From an uncultured Pseudobdellovibrionaceae bacterium (lineage in GTDB: Bacteria > Bdellovibrionota > FAC87 > UBA2466), in the NCBI GenBank assembly GCA_964653655.1, contig CAZZHG010000009.1, positions 11,301 through 75,300 on the forward strand: a stretch of DNA of 64,000 nt, in the 5' to 3' direction. Position 1 is the stretch's first letter. The number at the start of each line of letters is the position of its first letter. The notes beneath the pieces were generated by a model. The model ran no database searches. It saw only the letters and a list, made by a program, of their open reading frames with translations, and was not told the origin of the DNA. The translations under genes were made by a program, and so were the position numbers. This document shows positions 8,826 through 18,131 of the stretch, one piece after another.

Positions 8826-9386
8826 ATGAGTTCCACCATGAATCCGAGCACGAAGGGCCCTTATCCCCCGCGTTTGAATCTGGGCTGCGGAAGAAAAAAG
8901 ATGGAAGGCATGCTGAACGTCGATATCGCTCCGGAGTCCGGAGCCGACCTCGCCTTCGATCTAAATTCCCGCCCCTGGCCTTTGCCCCGAGACTATTTTG
9001 AGGAGATCCACGCCATGGATCTGATTGAGCACGTCGTTTCCGTGACGGATACCTTGGAGGAGATCCACGGGGTCGCGGCCGAAGACGCCCTCGTTCATAT
9101 CACCGTCCCGCACTTTTCGTCGGCGAATGCCTTCACGGACCCGACCCACCGCCACTTTTTCGGAGCGGGGTCATTCGACTACTTCACCAAGGGGCATTCC
9201 TTGGACTACTACTCCAAAGCGCGGTTTCGCATCGAGTCCGTCCGGATCTTTTTTGCTCCGACGCTGCTCAACAAGTTGGTTTGGCGTCTGGCCAATCGAT
9301 GGCCGGCGGAATATGAGCGCCGGTGGGCCTGGCTCTTTCCCGCCTGGTTTCTCGACGTGAGGCTGCGGGCACTCAAGGCCCAATAG
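8826..9386 (+). CDS. Class I SAM-dependent methyltransferase (Methyltransf_11/23-like). Start chosen at the first ATG after the upstream gene
   Basis: Motif I LNLGCGRKKMEGMLNVD. The acidic post-I motif places it in the small-molecule/protein MTase fold. The ORF-track start at 8577 overlaps the preceding gene. Confidence 0.5.
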   Translation: MSSTMNPSTKGPYPPRLNLGCGRKKMEGMLNVDIAPESGADLAFDLNSRPWPLPRDYFEEIHAMDLIEHVVSVTDTLEEIHGVAAEDALVHITVPHFSSANAFTDPTHRHFFGAGSFDYFTKGHSLDYYSKARFRIESVRIFFAPTLLNKLVWRLANRWPAEYERRWAWLFPAWFLDVRLRALKAQ

Positions 9387-9443
9387 TGGAATGGTTTTGG
9401 CTTTGCGAGAGTCCGCCTCCGCCCTTAGGGCTACGGCGCGACA

Positions 9444-9504
9444 AAATTCGCGAAGCGAATTTTGGAGTGGGCCGGGCTCAAACCTTTCGGCTGGAGCCCG
9501 GCCC
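9444..9504. terminator. Bidirectional terminator region: hairpin AAAATTCGCGAAGCGAATTTT (9444-9463) plus an 11-bp GC hairpin GGGCCGGGCTC...GAGCCCGGCCC (9469-9504), between convergent genes
   Basis: Stem-loops read directly. They lie between the + gene ending at 9386 and the - gene ending at 9520. Confidence 0.45.
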
Positions 9505-9519
9505 ACGGATACCTCGCGG

Positions 9520-11280
9520 TTATAGTACCCCGATGCCGGGGACCGCGAAGTTGAAGTTGAGGAACATCGGAACCAGGAACTGCCAGTTCCGGAAACCGTT
9601 TCCGATTTCGAAGCCGCTGCTTGTCGGAGCGCGCGGCCCCGCGAGCACGCAACCCAGTACATCCTGAGCGACGAGGACCTGGTAATCGGGGACTACCGCA
9701 GCGGTCGCTTGTCCGGTCTGGAAGTCCTTCGCCGCCGTGCCGTTCTTAGCAAGGCACGCGTTGATGTCGCCTACTTGAGCCGCGCGGGGCTGCTGCCAGG
9801 GAGTGCCGACCGGATCGAGAGCCATGTACTCATCTTCTTCGCGATCGGCGACTTTTTCGTCGTCGGTCGGATTCGGAGTGGACCAAGCTTGGAAGTCCGG
9901 GTAAACGCCTTCGACTTGATTCGTCCGGCCCGAGGGCAGGTAGAACCGGGCGATGGTCAGCCGAACGGCGAGTCTCGCGCTGAGCTGAGACTGCTGCTGC
10001 ACGGAACCCTTGCCGTAAGTGCGATCGCCGACGAGCCAGGCACGCTTGTGATCCTGGAGGGCGCCCGCGACGATTTCCGAAGCGCTGGCCGACCGGGAGT
10101 TGATGAGCGTTACGAGCGGAAGGCCCGTGAGCCGCGGCTCGGTCGTGTCGAGTCTGGTGTCCTTGCCGGTGGCAAGGGCCTTCGTCGAGACGACGGTCTG
10201 TCCCTTATCGAGAAAGAGGTTCGCGATGCAAACGGCCTGGTTGATGAGACCTCCGCCGTTGTCGCGCAAGTCGAACACGAGGGCCTTCGCGCCTTTGGTA
10301 ACCGAGTCCTTGATCGCCGAGCCGACTTCCTCGCAACCCTTGTCCTTCATGAACCCGGAGAGCTTTACGTAACCGACGGTGTCGCCGTTGGGGTTCGTGA
10401 GAAGCTTGTGGGCCACGTTGGGCTGGGTGATGAGGTCGCGCGCAACCAGGATCTGAAGGGACTTGCCCGCGCGATCCACCGTCAGAGTGACGGTCGTTCC
10501 TTGCTGTCCCTTAATCTTCTTAAGAGCCCCGGAGAGATCGTCGCCGCTCACTTCGACTCCGTCGACGTGGGTGAGCACATCCTGCGGGCGAAGGCCGGCT
10601 TTGAGGGCCGGGCTCCCTTCCAGAGGCGTCTCGAGGAGGATCAGGTTCTTGCCGCCCCGTTTGACGAGCTTGAAGCGGGCGCCGATGCCGACGAAATCGT
10701 CGCTTCCCGCCTGCATCTCGTCCTGGAGGTACTGCATGGGCAGCACCATCGTGTGCGGATCCTTCAGAACTCCGATGTACACGTTGTAGATGCGGGCCGT
10801 GAGGACGGCTTCCTTCTTGCTGAAGTCGGGAAGACCCTTGAACCAGGCGAGCAGCCGGGTGAAGTCCACTTCTCCCGCGACCGCGCGGTTCTGATAGAGG
10901 CGCGTCCAAAACTGATGAATCGCGTTTCGCTCGTCCCTCCGGGCTTTGTAAGCGACGGCCGGGCTTTCATCCTTCAGAGCCGCCGGTTCCACCGCGACGA
11001 TCTGGCCGAAGTCCGCTTTTACGGTACCAAAGCCAGGGTTCGCGTTTTGAATGCGGTCCTTGGTGGTGAGGGTCGCGCCGTCGAGGGCCGCGGCCTCGGT
11101 GAGGGCGTGGACGCAGGCGAGAAAGACTCTTTCCGCCTTATAGCAGGTGGAGTTTTCGAACGAAGGTTCGATCTCCGCGAAGGAAAGAGCGACGTCTTCC
11201 CAATACTCCGCCATCGTTTTCTGAGCGGAACTGGCCACACTGAGCGAGATGAAACACGTGAGCAAAAACAGTCGCTTCAT
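9520..11280 (-). CDS. S41-family C-terminal processing (tail-specific) peptidase, secreted
   Basis: Signal peptide, PDZ region, S41 catalytic blocks (FDLRDNGGG, TYGKGSVQ). 586 aa. Confidence 0.8.
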   Translation of the reverse strand: MKRLFLLTCFISLSVASSAQKTMAEYWEDVALSFAEIEPSFENSTCYKAERVFLACVHALTEAAALDGATLTTKDRIQNANPGFGTVKADFGQIVAVEPAALKDESPAVAYKARRDERNAIHQFWTRLYQNRAVAGEVDFTRLLAWFKGLPDFSKKEAVLTARIYNVYIGVLKDPHTMVLPMQYLQDEMQAGSDDFVGIGARFKLVKRGGKNLILLETPLEGSPALKAGLRPQDVLTHVDGVEVSGDDLSGALKKIKGQQGTTVTLTVDRAGKSLQILVARDLITQPNVAHKLLTNPNGDTVGYVKLSGFMKDKGCEEVGSAIKDSVTKGAKALVFDLRDNGGGLINQAVCIANLFLDKGQTVVSTKALATGKDTRLDTTEPRLTGLPLVTLINSRSASASEIVAGALQDHKRAWLVGDRTYGKGSVQQQSQLSARLAVRLTIARFYLPSGRTNQVEGVYPDFQAWSTPNPTDDEKVADREEDEYMALDPVGTPWQQPRAAQVGDINACLAKNGTAAKDFQTGQATAAVVPDYQVLVAQDVLGCVLAGPRAPTSSGFEIGNGFRNWQFLVPMFLNFNFAVPGIGVL

Positions 11281-11398
11281 GAACCCCCCTTAGGCTTCGC
11301 GATTGATTTGTCACAAGGTGTCAGGCTGCGGCGCAGCCCGTCAAAACGCGTGACTCGAAGTGTTAACTTTTGCTGTCAGCAAACGAAAAGGGGGGACT

Positions 11399-11635
11399 TT
11401 ACTTTCCGAGATCGGCGCTGAAGCAGGAGTTTCCGGAAGGGAGATCCGGGGCGCGGCCGCCCGGAGTGGTGCAGTCGGGGCACGCGATGGCTACCTGGAG
11501 AGCCATGCCGGTCCAGAGGCAGTAGATGGTCTGGTTCGGGTTTCGAATGACGACCGCCATGGTCACGGCGAGCATCACCACCATCAGTATGTATTCGAGG
11601 ATCGCTTGTCCGCGTTTGCCCCTCGGTTTGCCCAT
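11399..11635 (-). CDS. Flp/Fap-like type IVb prepilin-like small protein with a Cys-rich C terminus
   Basis: Basic leader MGKPRGKRG followed by QAILEYILMVVMLAV (Glu at +5 after Gly, hydrophobic helix). 78 aa. C terminus CLW..ACPDC. Confidence 0.45.
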   Translation of the reverse strand: MGKPRGKRGQAILEYILMVVMLAVTMAVVIRNPNQTIYCLWTGMALQVAIACPDCTTPGGRAPDLPSGNSCFSADLGK

Positions 11636-11669
11636 ATCCTTATTATAGCGGATCGCCTAAGTCGGCGCG

Positions 11670-12341
11670 TCACCACAAGTTGGACGCCACATTCAGAGAG
11701 AAATGCGCGATTACACAGGGCAAAAGCTTGCCGGTCGCAAAGCGCAGGTACGCGAGCCAAAGCCCCGTAAAGAAGGTGTACAGCATCTGAAAGGCGACGA
11801 AGGCGGAGGGCTCGACGGCGGCGTTTTGCGTATGCCACAGAGAAAACGCGAGAGCCGAAACCCAAACCGAAACCGGGATTGGGTTCGTCTCCGTGAGCCG
11901 GATGCCCGGGGCGAATCTTTCCGCGAGCGATTGCAGCCAGCCACGAAAGAGCCACTCTTCGCCGAGCGGAATGGCGATCGTGAACCACACGATCGCCTCT
12001 CTCCCGCTCGGAGTCCTGAACAATTCGAAGAGCGTCGGCGAGTCGTGGAAAAATCCGAATATCGCCGATATCGCGAACGGAACGGGGATTGTTTTCAGGG
12101 AATCGGCGAAAGAAAGAAGCGCCGGCTCTTTCGATTTCGGCGCCGGCGCCGAAAGGCAGAACAGGCCGGCGAGAAGCGGGAAGGAGAGGGTGCTGAACCA
12201 GTACCACTCGGTCATCGATTCCAGGGCGTCGGCGATGGATTTGGAGGTCGGAAGAAACCCGCCGGCGAGAATGACTCCGCTAAGGATGGCGAGAGCGAGC
12301 GCTTTCCAGCGGAAAGCCAGCGAGGCGACCGAAAAAGGCAT
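11670..12341 (-). CDS. CPBP-family (CAAX/Abi) intramembrane metalloprotease
   Basis: Multi-TM protein with EEWLFRG (EExxxR), FSLWH and HFSLN motifs. Confidence 0.7.
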   Translation of the reverse strand: MPFSVASLAFRWKALALAILSGVILAGGFLPTSKSIADALESMTEWYWFSTLSFPLLAGLFCLSAPAPKSKEPALLSFADSLKTIPVPFAISAIFGFFHDSPTLFELFRTPSGREAIVWFTIAIPLGEEWLFRGWLQSLAERFAPGIRLTETNPIPVSVWVSALAFSLWHTQNAAVEPSAFVAFQMLYTFFTGLWLAYLRFATGKLLPCVIAHFSLNVASNLW

Positions 12342-12403
12342 TTAGGGAGCCTCATGCAAAAACGGTTTCCAGGCAACCGCGCCCTTAGGGTATTTTCCTC
12401 CTG

Positions 12404-13393
12404 ATGAACAGTTTCTCCGATAGCCCCCGCCGCATCGTGGTGCGGGCGCCCAACTGGCTCGGCGACCACGTGATGGCCGGTAGCTTTTATCGCGGCCTGA
12501 AGGCCGCCTATCCTGGTGCTCACTTGGCGCTGCTCTGCCGGGAGGCCGCCGCCGGAGTCGACTACTCCGATGTTTTCGACGAAGTGATCGTGCGCTCGCG
12601 GGCGGAAACTTCGCTCGGCCGCAAAGTGCTCGGCACCGCCGCGGTTCTGAGAAAGGGCAAATTCGATTTGGCCATTTCGCTTCCGGCCTCTCTCTCCTCG
12701 GCGGTTCTGTTCGCGCTCGCCGGGATTCCCAATCGGGTCGGTTTCGCCGAAAGCACGGCCGAAGGATTTCTCACTCACGCGATTGCCTGGCCCGAGCGGG
12801 CGGCCGGACTGCACAAAAGTCAGCTCTATCTGAAGCTTCTCGAAGCGCTGGGCGGTAAGACGCTGCCTCCTCCGCTTCCTCGTTACGACGGAAAACGGGA
12901 GAATCTCATCGTCGTCGCGCCCGGCGCCGCGAACCCCTTACGGGAGTGGCCGGGTTACGTGGAATTAATCCCCGAGCTGCGCAAACGTTACTGGGCCTTC
13001 AAGATCGTTGTCGTGGGTGCCGCGACGGAAAGTAAATGGCATGGGATTTTGAAACGGATGAACCACCCGGGCGTCGTGGATTACGTCGAAAAGACGACTC
13101 TCCCGGAGCTCGTCGCGCTCTGCCGCCGGGCGAAGCTCGTGGTGTCGAACGATTCCGGCGCGGCTCACGTGGCCTCGACTCTCGCGGGAACACCCACGGT
13201 GGTCGTCTTCGGTCCGGGGGATCCAGCCTATGTGAAACCCATCGGGCCTTCCCATGTGGTGCGTAAGGCGGATCTTCCCTGCTCGCCCTGCGAGAGCGCC
13301 CAGTGCAAAGGCTCCTTCGGCTATCAGGCTTGCCTCAAGGAGTTGCCGGTGGAGCCGGTGCTCAACCAGGTGAGCCAAATCCTTTCTTTTTGA
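12404..13393 (+). CDS. Glycosyltransferase family 9 (LPS heptosyltransferase-like)
   Basis: NWLGDHVMA at the N terminus and SNDSGAAHVA...VVFGPGDP blocks typical of RfaF/WaaC-type GT9. Confidence 0.75.
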   Translation: MNSFSDSPRRIVVRAPNWLGDHVMAGSFYRGLKAAYPGAHLALLCREAAAGVDYSDVFDEVIVRSRAETSLGRKVLGTAAVLRKGKFDLAISLPASLSSAVLFALAGIPNRVGFAESTAEGFLTHAIAWPERAAGLHKSQLYLKLLEALGGKTLPPPLPRYDGKRENLIVVAPGAANPLREWPGYVELIPELRKRYWAFKIVVVGAATESKWHGILKRMNHPGVVDYVEKTTLPELVALCRRAKLVVSNDSGAAHVASTLAGTPTVVVFGPGDPAYVKPIGPSHVVRKADLPCSPCESAQCKGSFGYQACLKELPVEPVLNQVSQILSF

Positions 13394-13424
13394 CTTCGCC
13401 CCGCACGCAGGCATTATTTTCCCT

Positions 13425-14111
13425 ATGAAAATTCTCTTCTTGGCGACTTTGGTTTTGGGATTCGGCCTGTTTTCCCGCGCGGACGAGAAGGCCGCCGCAC
13501 CCGCGGAACCGGCGAAAGCCGAGGCTCCGAAAGCCGACGCGAAGGAAGCTCCGAAGTTCACCGGAGACGCCGCGAAGTTGAAGGATACGATGGTCGACCT
13601 CTTCGAAACTTCGAAGAAGGTGTCCGCGCCTGAAGCTTCGGAGAAGAAAAAAGCGCAGGTGCGCATCGAGAAGGCTCTCGACTGGGAACGCATCGCGAAG
13701 GATTGCCTCGGCACCAAGCGGTGGGGTGCTCAGTCGGCCGCGACCCGCAAACAATTCAAAGATCTTTTGCAGGAAGTGATCGTGCGGACCGCGTTCTCCC
13801 GCCTCGACAAGTTCTGGAGAGACACGAAGAAGTACGACATCGAGAAAATCGAAATGAAGGGCGCGAACGCCCACGTCTCCACCAAGTTTCTGGTCGACAA
13901 GGAAGATTTTCTTCTCGAGTACTTCCTCGCCAAGACGGGCGGCCAGTGGCTCATCTACGACGTCTCTTATGAGGATCTGAAATACAGCGAGAACATCGCC
14001 GAGCAGATCAGCGCCTTCATGAAGGACAACAACTTCAACACGCTCCTCGACAAGCTTCGTAAACGGCGGGACGAGCTCAAGGAAGACAAGCCCGAAGTCA
14101 AAAAGGGCTGA
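13425..14111 (+). CDS. MlaC/Ttg2D-like periplasmic phospholipid-binding protein
   Basis: Signal peptide. ~200-aa body whose pattern matches the Tgt2/MlaC family (..WERIAKDCLG..W.......F.DLL...). Confidence 0.6.
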   Translation: MKILFLATLVLGFGLFSRADEKAAAPAEPAKAEAPKADAKEAPKFTGDAAKLKDTMVDLFETSKKVSAPEASEKKKAQVRIEKALDWERIAKDCLGTKRWGAQSAATRKQFKDLLQEVIVRTAFSRLDKFWRDTKKYDIEKIEMKGANAHVSTKFLVDKEDFLLEYFLAKTGGQWLIYDVSYEDLKYSENIAEQISAFMKDNNFNTLLDKLRKRRDELKEDKPEVKKG

Positions 14112-14241
14112 GTCGCGTTACCTGAAAAGTCTGTAATAACGGGTATCTAACTGCGCCCCTTTCCGTTCCGACACTGCGCGAAAAAGTGCAGGTTTTTTTT
14201 CCTGGAAACTGCTATTAGAGACCTCCAAACGGAGGTTTCTC

Positions 14242-14748
14242 GTGAAGCAGTTCCTTATCGGTCTTTCCCTGTTGTTGTCCGTCGGGTTCTCGGCCCCCAA
14301 GGCCGAAGCCGTTATCATCGGCGGCACTTATTTCACCGGCATCGGCATCAACTACGCCGGCTGGGGCTGGTACCCGCTCGGCCTTAACGGCTGGTGGCCC
14401 TACTACGGTTACTCTTACTGGCCGTACTACGATTTCGCGGTTTACTACGCCACGTACGGCGCGATTTCGATTTCCAAGTCCACCGGCGCGGTGGGCGTGA
14501 GCTTCCGTCACGACTCGCGCGAGGGCGCCTTCAACGACGCCAACGGCTACTGCGGCTCGGAAGATTGCCGCCCGGTCGTTTGGGTGCAGGGCGGATGCGG
14601 AGCCATCGCCGCGACGGCCGACAAGGCCGCTTTTGGCTGGGGCGTTGCGACCTCCAAGTACGCCGCTCGTAGCCGCGCGATGCGCGGATGCAAAGCGTCC
14701 GGCGGAAAGAAGGATTGCCGGATCGCCGCTTGGGTTTGCTCCTGGTAG
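14242..14748 (+). CDS. Secreted DUF4189-like protein with a W/Y/G-rich N-terminal segment (tandem paralog 1)
   Basis: GTG start after GGAGG. Signal peptide. Aromatic stretch YAGWGWYPLG..YYGYSYWPYY, then the DUF4189 pattern YGAIS.S.STGAVG...A...C....C.PVVWVQGGCGAIA...FGWG...A..RA...C...C.I.AWVCSW. Confidence 0.55.
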   Translation: MKQFLIGLSLLLSVGFSAPKAEAVIIGGTYFTGIGINYAGWGWYPLGLNGWWPYYGYSYWPYYDFAVYYATYGAISISKSTGAVGVSFRHDSREGAFNDANGYCGSEDCRPVVWVQGGCGAIAATADKAAFGWGVATSKYAARSRAMRGCKASGGKKDCRIAAWVCSW

Positions 14749-14813
14749 TCCGGGACTGACCTGATTTCGGCACGGGATGTGCTTAGTCTCTTCCTGAAAG
14801 GGAGGGACATCTC

Positions 14814-15320
14814 GTGAAAAAATTCATCCTCGGTATTACGTTTCTATTCGGTGTCGGCCTCGGCGGTAAACCCGCCGAGGCCTATCCGTATTTCTTTCAT
14901 TCCGGTTACGGTGTGAACTACGCCGGCTGGGGCTGGTACCCGCTCGCGGGGATCGGCACGCTGCCTTACTACGGCTACTCCTACTGGCCCTACTACAACT
15001 ACTTCGTGTACTACGCCTCCTACGGCGCTATTTCTTATTCGCTGTCGACGGGCGCGGTGGGCTGGAGCTGGGGAAACGCCACGCAACAGGGCGCTTTCGA
15101 CAGGGCGAATGGGTATTGCGCTCAGTCGGATTGCCGGCCGGTCGTTTGGGTGCAAGGCGGCTGCGCGTCGGTGGCGACGAGCTCGGATCGCTCGCGCCTC
15201 GGCTGGGGCTACGACGGTTCCCGGCACTCGGCGCAAAGCCGCGCGCTACGTGCATGCCAAGCGGGCGCGGGAGCACCGGCCGATTGCGCGGTTCTCGCTT
15301 GGGTCTGTTCGTGGAACTGA
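14814..15320 (+). CDS. Secreted DUF4189-like protein with a W/Y/G-rich N-terminal segment (tandem paralog 2)
   Basis: Same architecture as 14242-14748, with near-identical blocks (YAGWGWYPL, YYGYSYWPYY, CRPVVWVQGGC, WVCSW). Confidence 0.55.
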   Translation: MKKFILGITFLFGVGLGGKPAEAYPYFFHSGYGVNYAGWGWYPLAGIGTLPYYGYSYWPYYNYFVYYASYGAISYSLSTGAVGWSWGNATQQGAFDRANGYCAQSDCRPVVWVQGGCASVATSSDRSRLGWGYDGSRHSAQSRALRACQAGAGAPADCAVLAWVCSWN

Positions 15321-15342
15321 GAATCTAACCGGATGTCTTGAA

Positions 15343-15693
15343 TCAGCGCTGAGCGTTGACTTCGTAAGAGCGAAGCTTGCCGCTGCCGTCGAATACCGCG
15401 ACGACCTCGTCGAACATCTCGAGGTTCTTTTTGTCGCGGCCTTCGTCGCCGATCCACTTCATGCCGATCTTCTTGTAGAAGCGGCAGGTTTCGCCGCTCG
15501 GCTCTTTCACGCGGCACCAGTTGGCCGAGCCGAAGTACTCGACGAAGTCCGTCTTCGTCGCGCTTCCGACCTTTTCCTTATATTCCTCGTCGAGTTTCTT
15601 TCTGGCTTCCGAAGAGGTGAGGCCGTCGCCCGTCTGTTTGGAAGAGCAGGCGGCGAGGGTGAGGAGCATTGCGATCGCGAGTACACGTTTCAT
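15343..15693 (-). CDS. Small lipoprotein of unknown function
   Basis: Signal peptide with lipobox LAACS. 116 aa. Confidence 0.45.
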   Translation of the reverse strand: MKRVLAIAMLLTLAACSSKQTGDGLTSSEARKKLDEEYKEKVGSATKTDFVEYFGSANWCRVKEPSGETCRFYKKIGMKWIGDEGRDKKNLEMFDEVVAVFDGSGKLRSYEVNAQR

Positions 15694-15708
15694 GGCATTG
15701 TCCTTTCA

Positions 15709-17037
15709 TTAACGGCTGCAAAGAGACTCGACTTCCTCGATCTCCTTGGGAGCCTTCACGGTCAGCACTTTGCAACCGTTTGCGGTAATCAAGACGTCGT
15801 CCTCGATGCGCACGCCGATGCCCTTGTAACGGGCAGGACCGGGGGAATCGGGGCTGAAATAGAGACCCGGCTCGACGGTGAATACGTGGCCGGGCTCGAA
15901 CTTGCGGTGGTTTCCGTAGCGCTCGACGTAATAGGTGCCGATGTCGTGGACGTCCATGCCGAGCCAGTGGCCCGTGCCGTGGGGATAGAACGGCGAGTAG
16001 GCGCGGGTCTCGATGAGCTTCTTCGTCGGGCCTTTCAAAACTTTGAGCCGTTTCAGCTCTTCCACGAGCACTTCCACCGTCGTCTGGTGAATGGCCTGCA
16101 CCGTTTTTCCGGGGCGGGCGAGGCGGATTCCTTCCTTCTGGGCGGTCAGAACCGCTTCGTAAATTTCGCGCTGAGGTTCGGAGAAAGTTCCGCCGACCGG
16201 ACACACTCGGGTGATGTCGGCCGTGTAGTAGTCGAACTCGGCGCCCGCGTCGATGAGCAGCAAATCTTTCCCGCTCATGCGCCGGTCGTTCTGCACGTAA
16301 TGGAGCACGCAGGCATTCGGGCCGGAGGCGACAATCGACGAGTATCCGGCGCGCCCCGCGCCGTGTACGCGGAAGGCGTGATGCAAGATCGCCTCGAGCT
16401 CGTACTCGAACATGTGAGGCTTCGCCGTTCTCATCGCGGCGACATGGCCTTCCGCGGTGATGTCGGCGGCGATTTGCAGACGTTGTTGCTCGGCGGCGTT
16501 CTTCACGAGACGCATTTCTCCGAGAACGTTTTCCGGGTCGACGATGGGCCACAGCGCGCGCCCCGTTCTGCCGAGCTTGTGGCAAGCGGTCGCGAGGAGC
16601 CGGAACACTCGGGCGTCCATCTCCGGCTGAAGGCCGACCCGGTAGTAGACGGTTTCCGCTTCCTTGAGCGCTTCGATGAGAGCGTCGTCGAAAAAGTTTC
16701 CCGGCGTCGAAGCGAAAGCGGCGTCCGCTCCGAGACGTTGCTTGGCTCCTTCGGGGCCCAGGATCTTTCCTTCCCAAAGTTCCTTCGTCTTGTTGCGCGG
16801 CTCGACGAACATCTGAAACGGCGTCTTGCTCTCGGGCGAAAGCAGGCACAACGCGTTCGGTTCCTCGAATCCGGTGAGATAGAAGAAATTGCTGTCCTGG
16901 CGGTACGGGTGGTGGACGTCGTTGTTTCGGAGCGCGCTCTGAGCCGCGGGAAAAATCGCGACCCCGCCCTTTATCTTGCGGAGGAAATTCTTCCGGCGGG
17001 CGGCAAAATCAATCGACTGAATTTCCGTTGGCCACAT
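15709..17037 (-). CDS. pepP: Xaa-Pro aminopeptidase (M24B, PepP)
   Basis: N-terminal AMP_N domain. M24 metal-binding blocks HGTGHWLGMDVHD, VFTVEPGLY, IGVRIEDDV. Confidence 0.8.
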   Translation of the reverse strand: MWPTEIQSIDFAARRKNFLRKIKGGVAIFPAAQSALRNNDVHHPYRQDSNFFYLTGFEEPNALCLLSPESKTPFQMFVEPRNKTKELWEGKILGPEGAKQRLGADAAFASTPGNFFDDALIEALKEAETVYYRVGLQPEMDARVFRLLATACHKLGRTGRALWPIVDPENVLGEMRLVKNAAEQQRLQIAADITAEGHVAAMRTAKPHMFEYELEAILHHAFRVHGAGRAGYSSIVASGPNACVLHYVQNDRRMSGKDLLLIDAGAEFDYYTADITRVCPVGGTFSEPQREIYEAVLTAQKEGIRLARPGKTVQAIHQTTVEVLVEELKRLKVLKGPTKKLIETRAYSPFYPHGTGHWLGMDVHDIGTYYVERYGNHRKFEPGHVFTVEPGLYFSPDSPGPARYKGIGVRIEDDVLITANGCKVLTVKAPKEIEEVESLCSR

Positions 17038-17082
17038 GGGGCATCATCCTAAGGGTGGGGTTCGGCTAATTCAACCTGACCT

Positions 17083-17424
17083 TCAGGGATCTTTGCGGAA
17101 ATCGAGCCGGATGGATCGAATGCCCAGGGCTTTGGCTTGGGGTAGCAGCATCCGGGTGACCCGGCCGAGGAGTTTCAGCGAGCCCGGCTCGTAAAACTGA
17201 TCCTGCTGGGTGGGGCAGCGGTAGCCGATGCTCAGCTCCGTCTCCGTTCCGAAGTCTTCGACCTGAATTTCGTAGGGGAGGCTGCTCATCATTTCGAAGC
17301 GCGACTTCACGGTCTGCGCATTCTCGCTAACGATCCGAACCAGCGTCGGGGTCTCGGGGCATCGCTTGGGGGTGGGGGCGGCTTGGGCGACGGACGCGAA
17401 TAGGGGAAGCAGTAACCAGCGCAT
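17083..17424 (-). CDS. Small secreted protein of unknown function
   Basis: Signal peptide MRWLLLPLFASVAQA. 113 aa. Confidence 0.4.
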   Translation of the reverse strand: MRWLLLPLFASVAQAAPTPKRCPETPTLVRIVSENAQTVKSRFEMMSSLPYEIQVEDFGTETELSIGYRCPTQQDQFYEPGSLKLLGRVTRMLLPQAKALGIRSIRLDFRKDP

Positions 17425-17522
17425 GTGGAGTCTCCTCGGTTGTCTGGTAGACGAATGTACCGCACTTTTGTGATGCCGCTGGGCGACAAGACTGGAGGCA
17501 CCGCGACCATTACTCTGCCGCC

Positions 17523-18122
17523 ATGATTAAGCTCTATGATTTCGGTCTTTCCGGAAATTGCTACAAGGTTCGGCTCGTGCTCAACCAGCTGGGCATCCGC
17601 TACGAGAAAATCGCGGTGGATAGAGCGAACGGAGGGACGCGCACGCCCCAGTTTCTGGAGCGCTTTCCCGTCGGAAAAGTTCCCGCGATGGAGCTCGAGG
17701 ACGGAACGACGCTCACCGAATCGAACGCGATGCTTTGCTACTTCGCCGAGGGTACGCCGCTTCTCCCGGCCGATCGTCTTAAGAAAGCCCGCGTGATGCA
17801 GTGGCTCTTCTGGGAACAGTACTCGCACCAGCCCAACGTCGCGGTCCTTCGCGCGTGGAGGAAACTTTTCGGAATTCCGAAAGGGCAGGAAGCGGAAGTG
17901 CCTTTGCGCGAAGCGCTCGGTTACACCGCCCTCGGAATCCTGGAAAAGCAGCTCGCCGAAAACGATTTCCTGGTGGGGAGTTATTCCATCGCTGACATCT
18001 CCCTTTACGCCTACACCCACATGGCGGAGGAGGGTGGATTCGACATGAAACGATTTCCGTCGATCGGCGCCTGGTGCGCCCGAGTCCGCTCCCAGAAGGG
18101 GCACATTCCGCTCCTAGGGTGA
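17523..18122 (+). CDS. Glutathione S-transferase
   Basis: N-terminal thioredoxin-like GST fold (KLYDFGLSGNCYKVRL), C-terminal helical domain. 199 aa. Confidence 0.7.
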   Translation: MIKLYDFGLSGNCYKVRLVLNQLGIRYEKIAVDRANGGTRTPQFLERFPVGKVPAMELEDGTTLTESNAMLCYFAEGTPLLPADRLKKARVMQWLFWEQYSHQPNVAVLRAWRKLFGIPKGQEAEVPLREALGYTALGILEKQLAENDFLVGSYSIADISLYAYTHMAEEGGFDMKRFPSIGAWCARVRSQKGHIPLLG

Positions 18123-18131
18123 TCGGGTAGA

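Noticed and set aside
9709-11421. 570-aa ORF antisense to the S41 peptidase gene
   Set aside because: The S41 gene has a signal peptide and catalytic blocks. The antisense frame has no motifs.
14112-14241. Terminator after the MlaC-like gene (weak hairpin plus T8 at ~14175-14210)
   Set aside because: The T-run is clear, but the preceding stem is too poor (4-5 bp) to call confidently.
15109-17052. 647-aa and 423-aa ORFs overlapping pepP on both strands
   Set aside because: pepP shows clear M24 catalytic motifs. The overlapping frames are Arg/Gly-rich, typical of high-GC shadows.
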